Shown: in pieces, positions 19,401 through 27,675 of the stretch
Position numbering within the stretch: the stretch's first letter is position 1
How the letters are laid out: the number at the start of each line of letters is the position of its first letter
DNA from: Candidatus Caribbeanibacter nitroreducens
GTDB taxonomy: Bacteria; Gemmatimonadota; Gemmatimonadetes; Palauibacterales; Palauibacteraceae
Direction of reading: 5' to 3'
DNA length: 64,000 bases
Assembly (NCBI GenBank): GCA_947581645.1
Contig: CANPVF010000159.1
Location: 2,904-66,903, forward strand
Position numbers and translations under genes: made by a program
The notes under the pieces: model-generated
The model's database searches: none
What the model was told of the DNA's origin: nothing
What the model saw: the letters and a program-made list of their open reading frames with translations, nothing else

Positions 19401-19783
19401 AGCCCCTCGGGCATCCGGTCCATGTTCTTCATCAGGGTGCTGTACAGCCGCACCAGGCTCCGCTCCATGTCGGCGCCGACCTCGAAGCGCACCGTCATGA
19501 AGGCCATGCCCGGTGAGGCGTGGCTGTAGACGTACTTCACGCCCTCGATGCCGGCCACCACGTTCTCGGCCGGGATCAGGACCCGGTTCTCGATCTCGTG
19601 CGGCTCGTAGCCGGGCGTGGGCATGTACATGTCGGCCACGGGCACCACGATCTCGGGCTCCTCGCGGCTCGGCATGGTGAACACCGAGTACAGGCCGATG
19701 GCCAGCGCCGCCGCCAGGAGCAGCGGCGTCAGCTTCGAGGTGATCGAGCTCTCGGCCAGTCGGCCGGCGATTCCCGTCTTCAT
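16466..19783 (-). CDS. efflux RND transporter permease subunit
   Basis: 12-TM RND architecture with two large periplasmic loops. TM4 motif GIVIDDSIIVVEN (DD, HAE1-like rather than the HME D-x5-D-x6-E). Start at MKTGIAGRLA with a 4-bp overlap with the adaptor gene. Confidence 0.9.
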   Translation of the reverse strand: MKTGIAGRLAESSITSKLTPLLLAAALAIGLYSVFTMPSREEPEIVVPVADMYMPTPGYEPHEIENRVLIPAENVVAGIEGVKYVYSHASPGMAFMTVRFEVGADMERSLVRLYSTLMKNMDRMPEGLRTPMVKTVTIDDVPFFTLTLSSDSLDHRELRAVGEEVATSFKATENVRDVSVIGGFSRAIQVELSPDRMAAYGVDPALVARRLEAANTNLESGRFARGNRVIRVEAGPFLSSAADVRGVVLDVRDGQAIRLGDVATVTDGSEEVDSYTFSGPAGGDLSPMVTLAVSKRGGSDATELGRQLEDRVEDLEAQVIPEGVRADVTRNYGETAREKVSTLRLHLLMAILAVGLVVALFMGWRSAVVVMMAVPITFALTLFVYRIFGYTLNRVTLFALIFVTGIVIDDSIIVVENMYRHFKMKDRPLMAAARAAVDEVGNPTILATLTVIAAVLPMLFVSGLMGPYMSPMPIGSTLAMTFSLIIALVGAPWLAFRLLPGEVEEEEGGEGGAAGGAPSGGEGAGGPGGEEGYVLEDTRMYRFYRRVMDPLLEKPARIKWMLGGVVLLLLGSVGLFAIRAVTVKMLPFDDKNEMQVLVDTPEGTSLETTTNLATRVHAALGRVPEVEDVQLYGGTAAPFNFNGLIRHYYLRQGPNVADLQVNLVPKGERSAQSHDVARRVRPVVKEALAGADSGVVSKIVEVPPGPPVRATLVAEVYGDDPGEQRQVARRVRELFEQQPGVVDVDWSLTAPQREVRFRVDEEKAALSGVSKPAVVQSLRIGLHGSTPTHLSAPDARSPVPIRVQLSEAERSGADRLAGLRVASRGGGLVPVGELVHAVEDTVPQVIDRKNMRRVVYVTAAVAGEEESPVYAILDLREKLAQIEVPGGGDLRQLYTDQPESTDVPAVKWDGEWQITYEVFRDLGIAFAGALLLIYALIVGWFGSLTTPLVMMAAIPLTLIGIAPGHWAFGAFFTATSMIGMIALAGIMVRNGILLIDYLEVRLDAGVPLKKAVIEAGAVRTRPIALTAGTVIIGAAVILFDPIFEGLAVSLITGAVASTALTLIVVPSIYFLAHREDDGGPDGGEPSGEPAGTPSRGRATATGEAT

Positions 19784-20898
19784 CGACCGCCTCCCGTCTC
19801 CGTCGGCGTCCACGAGCGGCTGGCCACGTCCCCGGCGGGCGTGCCGTCCGCCAGCCGCGGCGCCGGGCTCCGCACGACGCGGTCGCCGGGCGAGAGGCCC
19901 GCCAGGGCCTCCACGCTGCCCTCGCGGCGCTCACCGGTTCGAATCCAGCGGAGCCGGAGCGTGTCCGCGCTCAGGACGAAGACGCCGGCCAGCTGGCCGC
20001 GGTGCACCACGGCGTCCTCCGGGACCCACACCGAGGGAGGCGCGAACCCCGGCAGCCTCAGACGGACGAAGCTCCCGGGGGAGAGAGCGAGTCCTCCGGC
20101 CCCTTCCTCCCGGAAGCGGGCCTCCACGCGGAACTGCCGGGTGGAAGCCTCCACGGCCGGCGACACGCGGACGATCTCCGCGGCGGCCGTCCGCCCGCTG
20201 GCGGGGTCGACCACCGTGGCCCCGGTGCCGGACTCCACCTCCGGAGCGAGCTCCGCCGGCAGGTCCGCCACGATCTTCACCGACCCGGTCTCGACCAGCG
20301 TGAGCACCGGTCGTCCCGGGGCCGCCAGGTCGCCCGGATCCACGCTCCGCCGGGTCACGACGCCGTCGAAGGGCGCCCTCAGGACCACGTAGTCGCGCTG
20401 GGCCCGGGCCTCCTCCAGCGCCGCCCGTGCCTGCTCCAGGCCGGCCCGGGCGTCGTCGAGCTCCTGCTCGGTGGCCGCGCCGTCGGCGGCCAGGGACTGG
20501 ATGCGGCCGTAGTACTTCTCCGCCTTCCGGAGGGCGGCCTCGGCCCGGGAGATGCGGGCCTGCACGTCCTCGCCGTCCAGGGCCACCAGGGTGTCGCCGC
20601 GGCTCACCCGGCTCCCGACGTCCACGGTCACGCGCTCGACGGTGCCGCTCATCCGGGTGGCGATGCCGGCGGTGCTGGCCGCCTCCACGGTGGCCGCCAC
20701 CGACCGCTCGGTCGCCGCCGTCTCGGCTCCGCTCACCTGGACGTCCACCGGCGAGAGGGTCTCCCCGTGGGGAGCCGTCTCCTCGCCGCCGCACGCCGCC
20801 AGGCCCGCCGCGACGAACACCGCCGCCGCGGCCGCTGCGGTCCGCAGCCTGTTGCCCCCGACAGGGGGCGAGCTGTCCCTGCGATCGTGTCCAATCAT
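19780..20898 (-). CDS. efflux RND transporter periplasmic adaptor subunit
   Basis: Lipobox LAACGG, coiled-coil hairpin (ARISRAEAALRKAEK...LEQARAALEEARAQRDYV), and beta-barrel/MP domains; 372 aa. Confidence 0.85.
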   Translation of the reverse strand: MIGHDRRDSSPPVGGNRLRTAAAAAAVFVAAGLAACGGEETAPHGETLSPVDVQVSGAETAATERSVAATVEAASTAGIATRMSGTVERVTVDVGSRVSRGDTLVALDGEDVQARISRAEAALRKAEKYYGRIQSLAADGAATEQELDDARAGLEQARAALEEARAQRDYVVLRAPFDGVVTRRSVDPGDLAAPGRPVLTLVETGSVKIVADLPAELAPEVESGTGATVVDPASGRTAAAEIVRVSPAVEASTRQFRVEARFREEGAGGLALSPGSFVRLRLPGFAPPSVWVPEDAVVHRGQLAGVFVLSADTLRLRWIRTGERREGSVEALAGLSPGDRVVRSPAPRLADGTPAGDVASRSWTPTETGGGR

Positions 20899-22304
20899 CG
20901 TCCCCCTCCGGGGCTTCTCGAGTCTGTGACATCCTGTGATTCGGCGAAGCGGAGGCGAGCGCGTGCCACGTGATAGCCGGCCAGCGCCTCGATGGCCCGA
21001 CTCCGCATGGCCGTGACCCGGCTCTCGGCCCGCAGCACGTCCGAAGCGATGGCGAGCCCCTCCTCGAAGCGGCGCCGCGTCAGGTCACGGCCCCGTTCCG
21101 CGGCCCGTCGCGCCGCCCGCGTGGCCTGGAGCCGCTGGCGGGCGGACTCCACGGCGCGCCGGGCCTGGCGCACCTCCGCGGTGGCCTCCCGCACCGCGCT
21201 CGTGTACTGGAGCCTGGCCTCCTGTGCGGCCAGGTCGGCCCGCTCCCGGGCCGCCTCCCGGCCGAGTCCGGCGAACAGCGTCCACCGGAGCTGCACCCCC
21301 ACCGACCAGTGGTCCCCGTCGGCGCCGAGCGGCGTGTCGGCGTCGTGCAGGGCCCAGCGGCCGAAGGCGTCCAGGGCCGGCAGGTACTGGCGCCAGGCGG
21401 CGTCCTCCTCGGAGCGCGCCGCCTCGGCCATGGCCTCCAGGGCCCGGAGGTCGGCACGGCCCTCCGGACGGAACTCCCCATCCGGCGCCGGCGTCTCGGG
21501 AGCGGTCATGGTGTCGGCGGGCACGGGCACCGAGTCCGGGCTCCACCCCAGGAAGAGACCCAGGCGCTCCCGGGCCTCCCTCAGGTTCCTGCGTGCCTCG
21601 ATCCTCCGGGCCCGGGCGGCCTCCACCTCCGCCTCGGCCTGCAGCACGTCGGCGTCGGTCAGGAGGCCCTCGTCGCGGCGCCTCCGGAACAGCTCCAGGT
21701 TGGACTCGGCGGCGTCCTCGGCGGCCCGCGCCGCCTCGAGCTGAGCCTCGGCCCGGGCCGCGCCGTAATAGAGGGCCCGCGCGCGGAACTCCGTGCCCTC
21801 CCGGCTCCGCTCCGCCCGCCACCGGGCCGCCGCCGCCTGGCTGGACGCCGCGCTCCTCTGCGCCCAGCGGCTCGGGTCGACGACGCTCCACTGGACCTCG
21901 GCCGCCGACGTCCAGTCGGAGATCGCGGCCGGATCGTTCAGGGCGTCGATGGCCAGGTCCGCCCCCGCGAAGCGTCCCTGGCGGAGCTTCGTCCCGAAGA
22001 CGCCCACCGGGTCCGTGGTGCGCTGCCAGCCGCTGGTGACCTGCACCCTCGGAAGCAGCGCGCTGGTGGCGCCCCGGACCCCGGCGTCCGCCATCCGCTC
22101 CCGTAGACGGCTCGCCTCCAGGTCCGGATTCCCCTCCACCGCCTCGGCCACGGTCTCCTCCAGCGTGAGCGGGCGACGGAGCACGGTGTCGGACGCGGCG
22201 GCGGGCGCCTCCTGCGCCCCGGCCGAGGCCACGGGCAGCAGCAGTGCCGCGGCGGCCGCCACGAGCAGCCCTCCCGCCCTGTCGATGGCTGTGATCCTGG
22301 GCAT
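20895..22304 (-). CDS. TolC-family outer membrane efflux protein
   Basis: Two-repeat OEP architecture. Signal peptide MPRITAIDRAGGLLVAAAAALLLPVASAGAQE. 4-bp overlap with the adaptor gene. Confidence 0.85.
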   Translation of the reverse strand: MPRITAIDRAGGLLVAAAAALLLPVASAGAQEAPAAASDTVLRRPLTLEETVAEAVEGNPDLEASRLRERMADAGVRGATSALLPRVQVTSGWQRTTDPVGVFGTKLRQGRFAGADLAIDALNDPAAISDWTSAAEVQWSVVDPSRWAQRSAASSQAAAARWRAERSREGTEFRARALYYGAARAEAQLEAARAAEDAAESNLELFRRRRDEGLLTDADVLQAEAEVEAARARRIEARRNLREARERLGLFLGWSPDSVPVPADTMTAPETPAPDGEFRPEGRADLRALEAMAEAARSEEDAAWRQYLPALDAFGRWALHDADTPLGADGDHWSVGVQLRWTLFAGLGREAARERADLAAQEARLQYTSAVREATAEVRQARRAVESARQRLQATRAARRAAERGRDLTRRRFEEGLAIASDVLRAESRVTAMRSRAIEALAGYHVARARLRFAESQDVTDSRSPGGGR

Positions 22305-22370
22305 GCGGACGATCCTCCCGATGAACGGTGGCAGCCCCGGTCGTTTCCGCGCCGTGCGGAGCCCCCGGAG

Positions 22371-22410
22371 CATTATTTAACTGATTAGTTATATAGTTAT
22401 GTAGTCGCCG
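22371..22410. promoter_or_regulatory. AT-rich island with candidate operator/promoter upstream of the RND operon
   Basis: CATTATTTAACTGATTAGTTATATAGTTATGTAG is ~25% GC in a ~70% GC genome, ~70 nt upstream of the TolC-family start. Contains TAACT-N4-AGTTA and the direct repeat TAGTTAT/ATAGTTAT. Confidence 0.3.
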
Positions 22411-22588
22411 TGTTCCGCCGAACCTCGCTCTCGGCTCGGAACCGACAAGCTAGCGGGGGTGACGGGCAGCGTCCGTCGGGGAAGTGCGGACCGCCGATGT
22501 GGGGAAGACTCCGGGATCGGAGCCGGGGAAGTTCAGAGGATGGGGCGGGGCTCGGGCCCCGGAGAGCTGAGGCTCCGGACGGTCGGGC

Positions 22589-23797
22589 TCAGCCGCCGCA
22601 CCAGAGGTCGCCGACCAGTTCCGCCTTGCTCCAGTGCTCGCCCGGGAGGCCCGTCCCGCCCTTCCGCCACCGGGCGGCGGGGCTCCCGCAGCGACCCTCC
22701 GGGCACGAGAACCAGCCCAGGGCGCCCGGCTTCAGGGGCACCCGGGCCGCGTCCACCACCCGCCGCCGGGCGGCGTCCACCGTGACCACGAGGCCCGGAT
22801 CCGGCACCGTCACCAGCGCGCGTCGGCCGTCGGGGGAGAAGCGCAGCGCCCGCGGCCGGCCCGGCAGCTCCACGCCTCCCACACGCTCGCGCCGGCCGGC
22901 GTCGAAGATCTGGAGGTCGCCGCTGCCGGCGTGGAGGGCCCACACCTCCCCGGCCCCGGGGCGGCGCTGCAGCTGCACGGGAACCGAGCCGCCGGAGGGC
23001 ATCTCGCCCAGGATCTCCTCGGTGCGGCCGTCCACGATCCACAGCCGGTCGCCGTCGCGGTCGGCCACCCAGGCCGCGCCCTCCGGGCCCACGGCCACGC
23101 TCCCGACGCCCCGGTCCAGCGGCACCGTGTTGGCCGCCACCGTCACCCGGTCGATGACGGTGAGGGTCCCGGCCTCGCGGTTGGTGACGAAGAGGTACCG
23201 GTCGTCGCGGCTCACGGCGCCGGACTGGGGCGAGCTCTCCCCGATCGTCCACTGCATCAGGAGCTCGCCGGTGGCCGCCTCCAGCGTGAGCACCCGGCCG
23301 TTCCGCTCCGCCGCCACCCAGATCCGGCTGCCCTCGTGCCCGGACCACACGTCGGTGATGGCCCCGGTGCGTCCGAGGTAGAACCGGCCGGCCGTCCGGC
23401 GGCCCGCCAGGTCGAGCACCGTCACGGCTCCCACCTCCGCGGCCCGCTCTCCGTCGCCGGGGGGCGGCGCCGGCCCGCGCCCGGCCTCGGGACCGGACGT
23501 CGTCGCCGGCGGCCGCACCGAGTGGGCCACGTACGCTCGCGAGCCTCCCGGCGCCGGCGACAGCTGGTGCACCTGGCCTCCCATGCTCATGCGGGCGGCC
23601 ACGCCCCAGCAGGTCGTGTCCAGCAGCGAGACGTCCCCGGACGTCACGTCGGCCGCCGCCACCACCCCGGATTCCTGGGCGTGGAGCGCCGCCGGCAGCA
23701 CTCCGATGACGAGCAGTGCGACGACCGCCAGTGCGAGGACCGGAGCCAGCGGGGGGCGGTCGGCTACCGACTGTGGGCGAGGCGGACGAAAACTCAT
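22589..23797 (-). CDS. YVTN-family beta-propeller repeat protein (secreted)
   Basis: Signal peptide (LAPVLALAVVALLVIGVLPAALHAQE) and repeated ~40-aa blades. Start at MSFRPPRP. Confidence 0.65.
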   Translation of the reverse strand: MSFRPPRPQSVADRPPLAPVLALAVVALLVIGVLPAALHAQESGVVAAADVTSGDVSLLDTTCWGVAARMSMGGQVHQLSPAPGGSRAYVAHSVRPPATTSGPEAGRGPAPPPGDGERAAEVGAVTVLDLAGRRTAGRFYLGRTGAITDVWSGHEGSRIWVAAERNGRVLTLEAATGELLMQWTIGESSPQSGAVSRDDRYLFVTNREAGTLTVIDRVTVAANTVPLDRGVGSVAVGPEGAAWVADRDGDRLWIVDGRTEEILGEMPSGGSVPVQLQRRPGAGEVWALHAGSGDLQIFDAGRRERVGGVELPGRPRALRFSPDGRRALVTVPDPGLVVTVDAARRRVVDAARVPLKPGALGWFSCPEGRCGSPAARWRKGGTGLPGEHWSKAELVGDLWCGG

Positions 23798-23986
23798 CGA
23801 ATCGGCACCAGGTCGTTCGGCCACGGGAGAGAGGGCGTAAGGCGGTCGGGGAGCCGCGCGCTGCAGGGAGCGCGGCCGCCGGTGCGCCGGCGGGGAAAGA
23901 TACGGAGAGGGAGCGCTCCGTGCAGGCGGCGTAAAGCGGTCCGGACGCGGCAGAGGCAGGCGACCGGAGGCCGCTCCGCGCCGGAG

Positions 23987-25012
23987 CTACGAGGCCCGCA
24001 CCCGGCTCTCCTCGCCGACCCGGTGCGGGAGGCGAAGGGTGGCCCGGGTCCCCCCCGCACACTCCGCGGCCGCCAGATCGAGCCCTCCGTCGTCCCCGTA
24101 CAGGCGACCGAGCCGGGAGCGGACGGCCCGCAATCCCACGCCCGTCTCCTCCGGCGGCCACGGCTCGGGCAGGCCCACGCCGTCGTCCACGACGGCGACC
24201 TCCAGGGTCTCGCCGTCGGTGCGGGCGGCGATCCGGATCGTGCCCCGCCCGCCCTCCGGCGCCAGCCCGTGGCGCACCGCGTTCTCCACCAGGGGCTGGA
24301 GGATCAGGTTGGGGACCAGCGCCTCCCCCGCCCCGTCCTCCACGTCCACATCGAGCCGCAGCTCGCCCCCGAAGCGGGCACGCTCCACGTCCAGGTACTT
24401 GCCCACCAGCTCGATCTCCCGCCCGAGCGGCACCTCCTCCTCCCCGGCCCGGCCGATGGCCCGACGCAGGATGTCGCCGACCTTGGCCAGCGCCTCCACC
24501 GCTTCGTCGCTCCGTCGCTCGCGCACGAGGACGCCGATGGCGTGGAGCGAGTTCAGGAGGAAGTGGGGCGGCAGGTGCGTCTCGGAGAGGCGGAGCTCCA
24601 GCGACTCGATGCGGCGCAGGAGCTCGTCCGCGGTCTCCCGGTCCGGCGCCTCCTGGGCCACGCCCACGATGGCCTGTCGCTCGCCGTCGCTGCCGGCGAG
24701 CCCCCGGAGCGACACGACCAGCCGGCTCCGCCGGCCGTCGCTCGTGCGGTGGGGCATCTCGAGCTCGTCGAACTCCTCGCCCTCCCGCAGCCGCTCGAAG
24801 AGCTCCATGTACTCCGCCTCGTACTCCGGCGGCATGAAGGGGAGGAAGCGGCCCATGGCTTCCTGCTCGGTCCACCCGAAGATCCGGGTCGCCCCGCGGT
24901 TCCAGAGGATGACCCGGCCCCGGAGGTCCACGGCGACGATGGCCACGGTGGAGCTCAGGAGCACCGTGTCCGTGAATGCGTCGGTGGCCAGAGGCAGGTC
25001 CCGATCGGCCAT
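23987..25012 (-). CDS. cytoplasmic PAS-domain sensor histidine kinase (LytS/YehU-type His_kinase + HATPase)
   Basis: N-terminal PAS (VILWNRGATRIFGWTEQEAMG). HLPPHFLLNSLHAIGVLV is the PF06580-type phospho-His region. N/G1/G2 boxes (LQPLVENAVRHG, DDGVGL, GVGL). No TM segments. Confidence 0.8.
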   Translation of the reverse strand: MADRDLPLATDAFTDTVLLSSTVAIVAVDLRGRVILWNRGATRIFGWTEQEAMGRFLPFMPPEYEAEYMELFERLREGEEFDELEMPHRTSDGRRSRLVVSLRGLAGSDGERQAIVGVAQEAPDRETADELLRRIESLELRLSETHLPPHFLLNSLHAIGVLVRERRSDEAVEALAKVGDILRRAIGRAGEEEVPLGREIELVGKYLDVERARFGGELRLDVDVEDGAGEALVPNLILQPLVENAVRHGLAPEGGRGTIRIAARTDGETLEVAVVDDGVGLPEPWPPEETGVGLRAVRSRLGRLYGDDGGLDLAAAECAGGTRATLRLPHRVGEESRVRAS

Positions 25013-25175
25013 GGTCAGCGTCGTCCTCCGGGGAGCGGCGTCGTCGGCTCACCTTGCACAACGAGGCTGGAGCCGGTCCGGTTTCAGCCCCCGTACGGAG
25101 CGTGCGCTGTCTCCGCGACGTCGGACGTGGCACCGGTCGGTGCCGGCTCCACTTACTGTGACGTCGCCCGTCGCC

Positions 25176-26582
25176 TCAGGGTTGCACGGACGGGTGGCCG
25201 GTGGGCAGCGACCGCCACCGCGGGGGCACCGCCGGATGTCCCGACGGCAGCTCGCCCCGGACGGTCGAGACGGCCGGAAGGCCGCCGGCCCGGCCTGTCG
25301 CCCGCACGCCGGGGTGTCCCTCCGGCAGACCGGACGCCGCCACCGTCGTGTCGCCGACGCTCATTTCCGGGTGGTCCCCGGGCAGCTGGCGGCCCGGCTC
25401 GGCGCCGGCGATGTCCGCGTGGCACGCGCCGCAGTTGCTGCCCTCCACCTCCCATCCGTGGGCGTCGTGGCAGGCCGCGCAGTCCTCCAGCTTCACCCCG
25501 GCCAGCCCGCGGTGGAAGGGCGTCAGGGTGTCCGGGCTCGCATGGCAACCGGCGCCCGTGCAGGTGGCGAACGCCGCCGCCGGCTGCTCCTGCGCGTGCG
25601 GATCGTGGCACTGGCCGCACCCGGGGCCGTGGGGGTCCTCGCCCACCTGCACCGTCTCCATCTCCTCCTCCATCTCGTGGCACGCCAGGCACTGCCTGCG
25701 GGACGGGCTGATGGCCACGCGGGCGGTATCCAGCGCCGCCCGCTCCGGGGCCGGCGCCGTGAACTCGTGGCACCCGAGACAGTGGAACGTGGTCTGGGAG
25801 GAGGCCATCTCGCCCAGGACGATCTCCGTGTCGCTCTCGGCGTGGCAGTCCGAGCCCGCACAGGTCTGGCTCGCCGGCACGAACTCGTGGACCTCCTCCC
25901 CGTGGCAGGTGACGCACATGACCTCCTCCAGCGCGGAGGAGTCGGACTCAAGGTGGATCCGATGTCCCGCCGTGGACGCTATGCGCTGCCAGGTGCTGTC
26001 CGGGTCCGCCTGGATGTGGCACTCCGTGCACCGCTCGTTCGGCACCGGGGCGTGCCCCCCGATCTCCTCGGGCCGCTCCAGGACCCAGAGGTAGACCTGC
26101 CGCATGCTGGCGCTGATGGGCTGCTGGTGGCAGTCGTGGCACTCGAGCTGGGCGTGCTCGCTGGCCGTGAACCGCTCGAAGGAGTCGCTCATCACGTGGC
26201 AGGAGACGCAGAAGGCGTTCTCGTGCTGCGTGTAGTTCCAGGCCTCCTGGCCGAACCAGGCCGCCCCGGTGACGAAGATCACCACGACCAGCCCCATGGC
26301 GGCCTGGACGGTGGCCGGCCGGGTCCGGATCCACTCCCAGATCTCCAGGCGCCGGTTCCAGAGGAAGACGGCCAGCCACACCGCGACGATGACGCCGAGC
26401 ACGGCCCCGCCGATCTGGATCCACTGGGGGACCTCGGAGAAGAAGAAGCGGAGGACCTCGGCGAGCCCGCCGGGAAGCGGGGCGCCCAGCTCCTCCCCGG
26501 GTCGCCCGTGGGGGATCGGCTGCTGCACCTGCTGCAGGGTCAGGGCCGCGTCCTGCAGGGTCGGTACCCGCGAGAGCATCAT
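25176..26582 (-). CDS. membrane-anchored multihaem cytochrome c, NapC/NirT/NrfH-like quinol dehydrogenase module plus extended multihaem domain (~11 haems)
   Basis: N-terminal TM helices then AFCVSCHVM...CHDCH (NapC/NirT-type). Nine canonical CxxCH motifs (CVSCH, CHDCH, CTECH, CVTCH, CLGCH, CLACH, CGQCH, CAACH, CGACH) plus two CxxxxCH (CAGSDCH, CTGAGCH). Confidence 0.8.
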   Translation of the reverse strand: MMLSRVPTLQDAALTLQQVQQPIPHGRPGEELGAPLPGGLAEVLRFFFSEVPQWIQIGGAVLGVIVAVWLAVFLWNRRLEIWEWIRTRPATVQAAMGLVVVIFVTGAAWFGQEAWNYTQHENAFCVSCHVMSDSFERFTASEHAQLECHDCHQQPISASMRQVYLWVLERPEEIGGHAPVPNERCTECHIQADPDSTWQRIASTAGHRIHLESDSSALEEVMCVTCHGEEVHEFVPASQTCAGSDCHAESDTEIVLGEMASSQTTFHCLGCHEFTAPAPERAALDTARVAISPSRRQCLACHEMEEEMETVQVGEDPHGPGCGQCHDPHAQEQPAAAFATCTGAGCHASPDTLTPFHRGLAGVKLEDCAACHDAHGWEVEGSNCGACHADIAGAEPGRQLPGDHPEMSVGDTTVAASGLPEGHPGVRATGRAGGLPAVSTVRGELPSGHPAVPPRWRSLPTGHPSVQP

Positions 26583-26708
26583 GGCTGCCTCCTCTTCTCA
26601 CGCCGGGCCCGACGGCCAGCGGCCTCCACCGCGGGCACTGGCATCCTTCGAGGCGCGGCACAACAATGTTCAGCCGTCCGTATTCCGTCTACCACAAGAA
26701 ACCCCTGC

Positions 26709-27653
26709 ATGTCGACCGCCTCCCCGTCAACCGAGGTGCCCACCCGGCGCGACGTCTGGGTCCGGATGCTCATCTACCCGCGGCACACCCTGCCCACCGC
26801 GCTGGGGCCGGTCGTGGTGGCCGCGGGACTGGCCCTCCACGACGGGATGTTCGCCCCCGGCGCGGCGGTCGCCGCCCTGGCCGCCGGGTGGCTCATCCAG
26901 CTCGGCGGAGTCATCGCCGACAACTACCACAACCTCCGGCGGCACCCCGACGATCGCGAACATCCGCTCCTGGTCCGGGCCCTGGAGGCCGGCGTCGTGG
27001 ATCTCCGGCTCCTGGCCCGGGCCACGGCCGGCTGCTATCTGCTGGCCGCGCTGCCCGGCGCCTACCTGGTATGGGTCGGTGGTCTCCCGATGGTGGCCCT
27101 CGGTGTCGCCAGCGCGGCCGCCAGCCTCGCCTATTCCTCCGATCCGCTGCGACTCGGCGACCGTGGCCTCGGTGATCCCCTCTTCTTCCTCTTCTTCGGG
27201 CTCGTCTCGGTCTGGGGCGCCTACTACGCCCAGGCCGCGGCGACGCTGGGAGGAGCGTTCCCGGCGGAGGCGCTGACGCCGGAGTCCCTGGTGGCGAGCC
27301 TCCCCATGGCGGCCCTGATCACGAACATCCTCCTCATCGACAACATCCGCGACCTCCGCTTCGATCGCGAGAAGGGCGAGCGGACGCTGGCCGTGATCAT
27401 CGGCCGCGACTGGACCGAGGTGGAGATGGGCGTCCTCACCGCCCTGGCGTACGCCGTGCCGTTCTGGTTCCTGACGCGAGCGGATCACGGCCCGGCGCTC
27501 CTCCTCCCCCTGCTCACGGCCCCCTTCGCCGTGGTGATCCTCCGGAGGGTGCGGGGGGCGGATCACTGGAAGGATCTCGTGCCGCTCACGCCCCGGGCCG
27601 GTCAGCTCGTCGTGGCCTACGCGGCCCTCTTCGCCCTGGGCCTGGCCCTCTGA
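26709..27653 (+). CDS. menA: 1,4-dihydroxy-2-naphthoate polyprenyltransferase (UbiA superfamily)
   Basis: UbiA-family Asp-rich motifs (NYHNLRRHPDD; second-half DNIRDLRFDREKG) and ~8 TM helices. Only the last 315 codons of the long + ORF 24039..27653 are coding. Confidence 0.75.
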   Translation: MSTASPSTEVPTRRDVWVRMLIYPRHTLPTALGPVVVAAGLALHDGMFAPGAAVAALAAGWLIQLGGVIADNYHNLRRHPDDREHPLLVRALEAGVVDLRLLARATAGCYLLAALPGAYLVWVGGLPMVALGVASAAASLAYSSDPLRLGDRGLGDPLFFLFFGLVSVWGAYYAQAAATLGGAFPAEALTPESLVASLPMAALITNILLIDNIRDLRFDREKGERTLAVIIGRDWTEVEMGVLTALAYAVPFWFLTRADHGPALLLPLLTAPFAVVILRRVRGADHWKDLVPLTPRAGQLVVAYAALFALGLAL

Positions 27654-27675
27654 GCGTCGGCGCCGGAGAGGGATC

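Noticed and set aside
16466-19783. Calling the RND pump a CzcA/HME heavy-metal exporter because of the DUF3240-like partner
   Set aside because: TM4 carries VIDDSIIVVEN (Asp-Asp, HAE1-like), not the HME D-x5-D-x6-E motif. I kept a generic RND call.
19925-19950. GGTTCGAATCC, a tRNA T-loop-like motif
   Set aside because: It lies inside the well-supported adaptor-subunit CDS. The flanking bases cannot form a T-stem or acceptor stem, so it is a chance occurrence.
25131-25146. Hairpin GGCACCG-GT-CGGTGCC downstream of the NapC-like cytochrome
   Set aside because: It may be a terminator or attenuator, but there is no U-tract and the loop is too tight. I did not list it as a feature.
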